Shown piece by piece: positions 54,961 to 62,347 of a DNA stretch of 64,000 bases (position 1 is its first letter; every line of letters begins with the position of its first letter). The notes below the pieces were generated by a model. It did no database searches. It was not told where the DNA came from and saw nothing but the letters and a program-made list of their open reading frames with translations. The DNA is from an uncultured Clostridium sp. (GTDB lineage Bacteria > Bacillota > Clostridia > TANB77 > CAG-508), in the NCBI GenBank assembly GCA_947426525.1, contig CANEEJ010000001.1, forward strand, positions 23,617 through 87,616, in the 5' to 3' direction. The translations under genes were made by a program, and so were the position numbers.

Positions 54961-55883
54961 ATGCAATAGACAAATTAATTGAAAAAATAAAAGAAACGAA
55001 TAATCCAACTGTAATTGGATTAGACCCAAGATATGAAATGTTACCTAAATGTGTGACAAATAAATATTCACAAGATTTAGAAGGGGTAGCAAAAGCAATT
55101 TTAGAATTTAATAAAGCTCTAATTGATAATACCTGTGATATCATACCAGCTATTAAACCACAAATTGCTTTTTATGAGATGTATGGAATACCAGGAATGG
55201 AAGCATTTAAAGAAACTTGTCGCTATGCCAAAGAAAAAGGAATGGTAGTTATAGCTGATATCAAAAGAGGAGATATTGGTTCAACAGCAGCAGGCTATTC
55301 AAATGCCTTCTTAGGAAGAACGTCAATTGGAGAAAAGGAAGAAGCCATTTATGACGTCGATTTTGTAACTGTAAATCCTTATATGGGAACTGACTGCGTA
55401 AAGCCATTTATCGAAGATTGTAAAAAATATGATAAAGGAATTTTCGTCTTAGTAAAAACATCCAATCCATCTTCAGGAGAATTACAAGACTTAAAACTAG
55501 AAAATGGAAAAGAAGTATATAGTCAAGTAACTAACTTAGTAGAAACATGGGGAGAAGAATTAAGAGGGGAAAATGGATATAGTAGTGTGGCAGCAGTAGT
55601 GGGAGCAACTTATCCAGAACAATTAGAACAAATTAGAAAAGCGGCACCACACACCTACTTTTTAATACCAGGCTATGGAGCACAAGGCGGAAAAGCAAAT
55701 GATATTGCTTTGGGATTTGATAATAACGGATTAGGTGGTATTGTAAATGCTTCAAGAAGTTTAATGTGTGCTTACCAATCAGATAGATGGAAAGACCAAT
55801 TTGCAGAGGAAGATTATGCAAAAGCAACAAGAGCAGAAGCATTAAGAATGAAAGACGAATTAAATCAAGCAATTAATGGTTAA
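54942..55883 (+). CDS. pyrF: orotidine 5'-phosphate decarboxylase (type 2, long form)
   Basis: VIGLDP and DIKRGDIGST motifs. Confidence 0.85.
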   Translation: MERENMNAIDKLIEKIKETNNPTVIGLDPRYEMLPKCVTNKYSQDLEGVAKAILEFNKALIDNTCDIIPAIKPQIAFYEMYGIPGMEAFKETCRYAKEKGMVVIADIKRGDIGSTAAGYSNAFLGRTSIGEKEEAIYDVDFVTVNPYMGTDCVKPFIEDCKKYDKGIFVLVKTSNPSSGELQDLKLENGKEVYSQVTNLVETWGEELRGENGYSSVAAVVGATYPEQLEQIRKAAPHTYFLIPGYGAQGGKANDIALGFDNNGLGGIVNASRSLMCAYQSDRWKDQFAEEDYAKATRAEALRMKDELNQAING

Positions 55884-55950
55884 TGGTCAAACTAGGACAA
55901 GCACAACTAGATACCATTATCAATAAAAATGTCAAAAAGGACCGTCCCTA

Positions 55951-56766
55951 TTGGCAATAGAAGGAGGAAAAATGATGTCAGAGCAAGTATTTGCAGAATT
56001 AGTAAAAAAAGAACAATTAAAACCAGATATATTCAAGTTTAGTGTAAAAGCACCAACGATTGTAAAAGAAGCAAAACCAGGAAATTTTATAGAAATAAGA
56101 GTAACAGATCAAACAGAACCATTTTTAAGAAGACCTATTAGTATCTACAATTTAGACAAAGAAAATGGCATTTTAGAGTTTATCTTTCAAGTGAAAGGAA
56201 AAGGAACTGAAATTTTGGCTAAAAGAGAAGTGGGAAAAGAAATTGATATCATAGGACCAATTGGTTATGGAACTTTTAAATATGAAAATTATCAAAACAT
56301 TGCCATTATTGGTGGAGGAATTGGTGTATTTCCATTGTATGATTTGGCCAAATGCGCAAAGGAAGATAATAAAAATGTTTCTACTTATTTAGGATTTAGA
56401 AATAAAGATTTTGTTGTAGTAGAAAAAGAATTTGAAGAAGTGTCCAATAAACTTGTTGTAACAACAGATGATGGAAGCTATGGCAAAGAAGGCTTTGCTA
56501 TCAATTATTTAGAAGAAGATATAGAAGTAGGTAAAGTAGAAGCTATTTATGCTTGTGGTCCATTACCTATGTTAAAAGCAGTGCAAAAATTAGCATTAGA
56601 AAAGGACATTCCATGTCAAATTTCATTGGAAGAAAAAATGGCATGTGGTTTAGGCGTATGTTTGGGATGCGCTGTAAAAACTGCCAAAAGCCCAGCAGAT
56701 AATCCAGAATATTGGCATGTTTGCAAAGCTGGACCGGTGTTTAATGCTAAAGATGTGGAAATTTAG
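55951..56766 (+). CDS. pyrK: dihydroorotate dehydrogenase electron-transfer subunit
   Basis: FAD/NAD-binding fold with C-terminal 2Fe-2S cysteines (CGLGVCLGC). Confidence 0.85.
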   Translation: MAIEGGKMMSEQVFAELVKKEQLKPDIFKFSVKAPTIVKEAKPGNFIEIRVTDQTEPFLRRPISIYNLDKENGILEFIFQVKGKGTEILAKREVGKEIDIIGPIGYGTFKYENYQNIAIIGGGIGVFPLYDLAKCAKEDNKNVSTYLGFRNKDFVVVEKEFEEVSNKLVVTTDDGSYGKEGFAINYLEEDIEVGKVEAIYACGPLPMLKAVQKLALEKDIPCQISLEEKMACGLGVCLGCAVKTAKSPADNPEYWHVCKAGPVFNAKDVEI

Positions 56767-56781
56767 AAAGAGGAGAGTAAA

Positions 56782-57309
56782 ATGCCAAGTTTTAATATTC
56801 ATATAGCAATAGCAAATCAATATATAAAATGTCATCCTAATGAAATTAAAAACGAAGAAGATTTTATTAAAGGAAGCATTGCACCAGATTTGAGTAACAA
56901 TAAATATGAAAGTCATTATGATAATTATGCAGAAAGACATAATGGATTATCTAAATTTGTTGAGCAAACTGAAATAGATATCCATACTGACTATGGAAAA
57001 GGATATTTTTTGCATCTAATTGCAGATGAGCTTTTTTACCATATGATATTTAGACAAGAGTGTATTACTGCCAAGAAAATGAATACAGATTTTTATCATG
57101 ATTGGGATTGCTTAAATAAACCAATAATTGAAGAATACAAAATAAAAGAGGTACCGAAAGAAGCGGAGAAATATTTTAATATTACATTAGAAGAAAAGAC
57201 ACAATTTCTTGAATTTCAAAAAGTAAAGAGATTTATTGATGATTTGAGTAAAATATCTTTAAAAGAGCAAGAAAAAGAAATAAAAAACAATCGAAATCCA
57301 ATAATATGA
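56782..57309 (+). CDS. hypothetical protein (175 aa) inserted between pyrK and pyrD
   Basis: His-rich N-terminus (FNIHIAIA...H.D..), possibly a Zn-hydrolase-like fold; unknown family. Confidence 0.4.
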   Translation: MPSFNIHIAIANQYIKCHPNEIKNEEDFIKGSIAPDLSNNKYESHYDNYAERHNGLSKFVEQTEIDIHTDYGKGYFLHLIADELFYHMIFRQECITAKKMNTDFYHDWDCLNKPIIEEYKIKEVPKEAEKYFNITLEEKTQFLEFQKVKRFIDDLSKISLKEQEKEIKNNRNPII

Positions 57310-57319
57310 GGAGGAAAAA

Positions 57320-58228
57320 ATGAATACACAAGTAAATTTAGCAGGAATAAAAATGAAAAATCCAGTAACAGTAGCATCTGGAACATTTGGTTATGGAAGA
57401 GAATTTAGTAACTTTTTTGATTTAAGTAAATTAGGTGGAATTATTACGAAAGGAACAGCTTTAAAACCTTGGAGTGGAAATAAGCCTTCTAGAGTTTATG
57501 AAACAGCCAGTGGAATGCTAAATAGTATTGGTTTACAAAATCCAGGAATTGAATATTTTGTACAAAATGATTTACCATTTTTAAGAAAATTTGATACAGC
57601 TGTTATCGTAAATGCGATAGGAAAAAGCGTCGAAGAATATGTGGAACTTTGCAAAGTGCTAAATACATTAGATATTGATGGCGTGGAATTAAATTTATCA
57701 TGCCCAAATGTAAAAGAAGGATGTATGGCTTTTGGAAATACTTATGAAGGAGTAAAACAAGTAACTTCAGAAGTAAGAAAGGTCTTAGACAAACCACTTA
57801 TTGTAAAATTAACGCCAAATGTTACAGATATTGCTTCTATTGCTAAAGCGGTAGAGGATGCAGGGGCAGATGGGGTATCTTTGATTAACACTTTATTAGG
57901 AATGAAAATTGATATAGATAAAAGAAGACCTGTTCTTGCTAATAATATGGGAGGACTTTCAGGTCCAGCTATTAAGCCTGTAGCAGTTCGCATGGTTTAT
58001 CAAGTAGCACAAGCAGTTAATATTCCTGTTCTTGGAATGGGTGGAATTGTAAATGGTGACGATGCTATTGAATTTATGTTAGCTGGTGCCAATGCTATTT
58101 CAATTGGAGCAGGAAACTTCATTAATCCATATACTAGTGTAAATACTGTTGAGGGTATTGAAAATTATATGAAAAAACATAATATTGAAGATATTAATAG
58201 TATTGTAGGAACTGTCGAAATGAATTAA
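57320..58228 (+). CDS. pyrD: dihydroorotate dehydrogenase 1B catalytic subunit
   Basis: Active-site LSCPN and GGI(V/S)NG motifs. Confidence 0.9.
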   Translation: MNTQVNLAGIKMKNPVTVASGTFGYGREFSNFFDLSKLGGIITKGTALKPWSGNKPSRVYETASGMLNSIGLQNPGIEYFVQNDLPFLRKFDTAVIVNAIGKSVEEYVELCKVLNTLDIDGVELNLSCPNVKEGCMAFGNTYEGVKQVTSEVRKVLDKPLIVKLTPNVTDIASIAKAVEDAGADGVSLINTLLGMKIDIDKRRPVLANNMGGLSGPAIKPVAVRMVYQVAQAVNIPVLGMGGIVNGDDAIEFMLAGANAISIGAGNFINPYTSVNTVEGIENYMKKHNIEDINSIVGTVEMN

Positions 58229-58257
58229 ACAGTTAGTAACAGAAGGGAATAAAGCCG

Positions 58258-59109
58258 ATGGAAATACTAGTAGGAAAAACAGCAGGATTTTGCTATGGTG
58301 TTAAAAGAGCTGTTGAAGGAGCAGTATTAGAAAGTAGAAAAGCACATATTTGCTGTTTGGGTGACATTGCACATAATAAGCAGGTGGTCCAAAATTTAGA
58401 GAATTTAGGGATAAAATGTATTGATACTATCGAAGAGGCTAATGAAAATATTCTGATTCGAGCACATGGAGCACCAAGGGAAATATATGAAACAGCAAGA
58501 AAAAAGAATATAAAAATACAAGACTATACTTGTCCAAATGTTTTAAGAGTTCATAAAATTGCTGAAAAATACAAAGAAAAGGGATATTTTATCTTTTTGT
58601 TAGGAGAAAAGAACCATCCAGAAAATATTGGAACAATAAGTCATTGTGGTAAAGACTATTATATTTTTGAAAAAGAAGAAGAATTTGAAGTAGCAATGCA
58701 AGCTTTTCAAAAAACCAATAAAAAGAAATTACTTGTGATTTTGCAAACGACATATAGTTTACAAAGATTTCAAAAGATAGAACAGTTACTAGAAGACAAA
58801 CTACAAAAAGATGTAAAGTTATTAGTTAAAAATACGATTTGTAAAGCAACAGAATTAAGACAAAGAGAAACAGAAGAAATTTCTAAAAAAGTAGATATGA
58901 TGATTATTATTGGCGGAAAGAATAGTTTTAATACTAAAAAGATATATGAAATAGCAAAGAAAAATTGTAAAAATACTGTTTTAATAGAAAATGTTCAAGA
59001 ATTAGAAACAGAAGAAAGTCCTATTAAAGTAGGAATTATGGCTGGTGCATCAACACCAAAAGAAAATATAGACGAAGTAATTGAATTTTTAAAAAGAAGA
59101 TCTTTATAA
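58258..59109 (+). CDS. ispH: 4-hydroxy-3-methylbut-2-enyl diphosphate reductase
   Basis: The GFCYGV, RAHG and conserved Cys motifs of IspH/LytB. Confidence 0.9.
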   Translation: MEILVGKTAGFCYGVKRAVEGAVLESRKAHICCLGDIAHNKQVVQNLENLGIKCIDTIEEANENILIRAHGAPREIYETARKKNIKIQDYTCPNVLRVHKIAEKYKEKGYFIFLLGEKNHPENIGTISHCGKDYYIFEKEEEFEVAMQAFQKTNKKKLLVILQTTYSLQRFQKIEQLLEDKLQKDVKLLVKNTICKATELRQRETEEISKKVDMMIIIGGKNSFNTKKIYEIAKKNCKNTVLIENVQELETEESPIKVGIMAGASTPKENIDEVIEFLKRRSL

Positions 59110-59120
59110 AGACCTTCTTT

Positions 59121-59612
59121 TTAATTTTCTTCATTTTCATTATTATTCTCAACAATCACATTGTCTTCAGAAATTGTTGCTTCTCCACCTGGACCAACAT
59201 ATTCAGATTTACCAAATGCTAAAATCATATAGAAAATAGTTGGTAAGAAGTAAAGACCAACAGCCCATCCACCATCTTTTCCAAAAGATTTTGCTAATTT
59301 GTAAGATAAAACAGCATTCAATGCAATTGGTGCAATCCATCCAACAAATGGGATAATAGCGGCAAAATAAACAAAAATCAACCAAGGTGAAAGTCCAGAA
59401 ATCTTAAATAAAATAACAAGATTGTAGATAGGGACAATTGATTTCCAACCTTTTTCTCCGGTTTTTTTGTATAATTTCCACATAGCAATTAGTTGAATGA
59501 CAGCGATTACTAAAATAATAAATAGATAAACCATTATAGCACCAAGTAAAGCTGTTGCAAAAGCGGTAGAAGCATCATAATTACTATAATAACTAGAATA
59601 ATCATATTGCAT
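59121..59612 (-). CDS. hypothetical membrane protein
   Basis: 4 TM helices; unknown family. Confidence 0.4.
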   Translation of the reverse strand: MQYDYSSYYSNYDASTAFATALLGAIMVYLFIILVIAVIQLIAMWKLYKKTGEKGWKSIVPIYNLVILFKISGLSPWLIFVYFAAIIPFVGWIAPIALNAVLSYKLAKSFGKDGGWAVGLYFLPTIFYMILAFGKSEYVGPGGEATISEDNVIVENNNENEEN

Positions 59613-59806
59613 ATTGAATCATCCTCCTTTTATTTTTATGTAATTATATTTTCGCATTTCATAAATAAAAAGTCAAGAAAAAAACTAATATTATAACAAG
59701 AAACGACAAAAAATATAAAATTTTGAAAAACCATTGTATTAAAAAAATTGGTTTGATATAATTTAAACAATGATTTAATAACATAGTATTAAAGGGAGGA
59801 AAAAAT

Positions 59807-60292
59807 ATGTGTGAATGTGGATGTGAAGAAAACAAAAAAGACAAATTTATAGAAGAACTTTTTTTAGAATACAAGCCAATTAAAGATAATTTGATACAAA
59901 TGTTAAATGAAATACAAGAGCATTATGGATATGTACCAATGGATGTTCAAAAAGAACTATCCGAATTTTTATCCATTCCAATGGCAGAAATTTATGGAGT
60001 AGTTACCTTTTATTCCAGATTTTCTTTAAAACCAAAAGGAAAATACAACATATCTGTATGTTTAGGAACCGCTTGTTATGTAAAAGGTTCACAAAAAATA
60101 ATGGACCGATTACTAGAAAGACTAAAAATTGAGCCAGGAGAAACAACAGAAGATGGTATGTTTTCCATTGAAGAAACTAGATGTGTAGGAGCTTGTGGGT
60201 TAGCGCCAGTATTTACAGTAAATGGAGAAGTATATGGAAAAGCTACTGTTCAAAAGCTAGACCAAGTATTAGATGAGTTAATGAGACAGTAG
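59807..60292 (+). CDS. NuoE-like 2Fe-2S thioredoxin-fold subunit of a bifurcating [FeFe]-hydrogenase (HydC/HndA)
   Basis: CLGTACYVKG....RCVGACGLAP cysteine pattern. Confidence 0.85.
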   Translation: MCECGCEENKKDKFIEELFLEYKPIKDNLIQMLNEIQEHYGYVPMDVQKELSEFLSIPMAEIYGVVTFYSRFSLKPKGKYNISVCLGTACYVKGSQKIMDRLLERLKIEPGETTEDGMFSIEETRCVGACGLAPVFTVNGEVYGKATVQKLDQVLDELMRQ

Positions 60293-60352
60293 GGACAGGT
60301 CTCATCTGTCTCAAATGAGACAAAATAGACCTGTCCCCAGTGTCTCAAAAGG
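60281..60352. repeat. composite A-family element between the hydrogenase cistrons; its 3' end gtctcaaaaggagg supplies the RBS of the NuoF-like gene
   Basis: atgagacagTAGggacaggtctcatctgtctcaaatgagacaaaatagacctgtccccagtgtctcaaaagg. The TAG stop of the upstream gene lies in the element. Confidence 0.85.
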
Positions 60353-60361
60353 AGGATTTTT

Positions 60362-62221
60362 ATGAAAACAACAAAAGAACTTCAACAAATTAGAGAAGAG
60401 AAAAGAAAAGAACTAGATTTAAGGGTTAATACAAAAGCAGATACAAGAGAAAAGCATATCCTAGTTTGCCAAGGGACAGGATGTACATCGTCTAAGTCGC
60501 CAGAAATATTAGATACGTTTAAGAGAATTATAAAGGAAAAAGGAATTGAAAATGTAAGGGTGATTAAAACAGGTTGTTTTGGACTTTGTGCGAAAGGTCC
60601 TATTGTAATTATTAGACCAGAAGATACTTTTTATGCTATGGTAAAACCAGAGGACTGCGAAGAAATTATACAAACACATATTATGGAAGGGAACAAAGTA
60701 GAAAGATTATTAGCAAAAGATATTGATGGGACTAAGGTAAATCGCTTAGATGATTTGAATTTTTATAAAAAACAAAAGAGAATTGCTCTTAAAAATTGTG
60801 GGATTATTAATCCAGAAAATATTGATGAATATATTGCTTTTGACGGTTATCAGGCATTAGAAAAAGTATTAACTAAGATGTCTCCAAATGAAGTAATTGA
60901 AGAAATTACAAAGTCAGGGATACGTGGTAGAGGTGGAGCTGGTTTTCCAACTGGCAAGAAGTGGGAATTAACAAAGGATTCAGAAGGAAAACAAAAATAT
61001 GTAGTATGTAATGCTGATGAAGGAGATCCGGGGGCTTTTATGGATAGAAGTATCTTAGAAGGGGATCCTCATTCAGTGCTAGAAGCTATGGCGATTGCTG
61101 CTTATTGCATTGGAGCAGACAAAGGATATATTTATGTAAGAGCAGAATATCCAATTGCTGTAAAGCGTTTGGAAATTGCTATTAATCAAGCAAGGGAATA
61201 TGGCTTATTAGGAAAGCATATTTTTGATACCGATTTTAATTTTGATATTGAAATAAGATTAGGAGCAGGAGCTTTTGTTTGTGGAGAAGAAACAGCCCTT
61301 TTAGAGTCTATTGAAGGAAAACGTGGTCAACCACGTGTAAAACCACCATATCCAGCACAAGAAGGATTATGGGGAAAACCAACTTTAATTAACAATGTAG
61401 AAACTTATGCCAATATAGCACAAATTATTTTAAAAGGAAGCGAATGGTATTCTTCTATTGGAACCGAAAATTCAAAAGGAACCAAGGTATTTGCTTTAGG
61501 TGGAAATGTTAACAATATTGGACTTGTAGAAGTACCTATGGGAACTACATTACGAGAAATTGTATATGACATTGGTGGAGGTATTCCAAATGGAAGAGAT
61601 TTTAAAGCAGCACAAACAGGAGGACCTTCTGGTGGATGTATTCCAAAAGAGCATTTAGATACGCCAATCGACTATGAATCCTTAAAAGAAATTGGTTCCA
61701 TGATGGGATCAGGTGGATTGATTGTTATGGATGATACAAAATGTATGGTATCGCTTGCAAAATTCTACCTAGAATTTACAGTAAGTGAAAGTTGTGGAAA
61801 ATGTACACCTTGCCGTATTGGAACTAAAAGAATGCATGAAATATTAGAAAAATTATGCAATGGAGAAGGAACCGAACTAGATATTTATAAACTAGAAAAG
61901 CTAGCTAGCAATATTCAAAAAGCTAGTATCTGTGGACTAGGACAAAGTGCACCAAATCCAGTTATTAGCACTTTAAAATATTTTAGAGAAGAATTTAAAG
62001 AACATGCCATTGACAAAAACTGTAGAGCCTTAGAATGTAAAGCAATGTCTAAAATTACAATCAATGAAGAAAAATGTAAAGGATGCGGTTTGTGTCAAAA
62101 ATCTTGTCCAGTTAACGCTATTCAAGGAGAAGCAAGAGAAAAGCGTGTAATAGACCAAGAAAAATGCATTAAATGTGGTACATGTTTAGCAAGCTGTCCA
62201 TTTAAAGCAATTGGCAACTGA
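60362..62221 (+). CDS. NuoF-like NADH-binding FMN/Fe-S subunit (HydB/HndC)
   Basis: N-terminal 2Fe-2S domain, an FMN/NADH-binding core (GRGGAGFPTG), and C-terminal 2x[4Fe-4S] CxxCxxCxxxCP motifs. Confidence 0.9.
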   Translation: MKTTKELQQIREEKRKELDLRVNTKADTREKHILVCQGTGCTSSKSPEILDTFKRIIKEKGIENVRVIKTGCFGLCAKGPIVIIRPEDTFYAMVKPEDCEEIIQTHIMEGNKVERLLAKDIDGTKVNRLDDLNFYKKQKRIALKNCGIINPENIDEYIAFDGYQALEKVLTKMSPNEVIEEITKSGIRGRGGAGFPTGKKWELTKDSEGKQKYVVCNADEGDPGAFMDRSILEGDPHSVLEAMAIAAYCIGADKGYIYVRAEYPIAVKRLEIAINQAREYGLLGKHIFDTDFNFDIEIRLGAGAFVCGEETALLESIEGKRGQPRVKPPYPAQEGLWGKPTLINNVETYANIAQIILKGSEWYSSIGTENSKGTKVFALGGNVNNIGLVEVPMGTTLREIVYDIGGGIPNGRDFKAAQTGGPSGGCIPKEHLDTPIDYESLKEIGSMMGSGGLIVMDDTKCMVSLAKFYLEFTVSESCGKCTPCRIGTKRMHEILEKLCNGEGTELDIYKLEKLASNIQKASICGLGQSAPNPVISTLKYFREEFKEHAIDKNCRALECKAMSKITINEEKCKGCGLCQKSCPVNAIQGEAREKRVIDQEKCIKCGTCLASCPFKAIGN

Positions 62222-62332
62222 TGTTTTTTGGGACGGGGTCAAAAAACATCACCTTTTATAATCTTAGGACGAATGAGAAAGAGAAGAAGTAAAAAATAAG
62301 CGATGTTTTTTGACCCCGTCCCAAAAAACATC
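62220..62332. repeat. B-family MITE-like element (gatgttttttGGGACGGGGTCaaaaaacatc and its inverse) between the NuoF-like gene and hydA
   Basis: Same architecture and near-identical sequence as 10791-10895. The TGA stop of the upstream gene overlaps the element's first bases. Confidence 0.85.
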
Positions 62333-62347
62333 GTAAGGAGGAAAACG

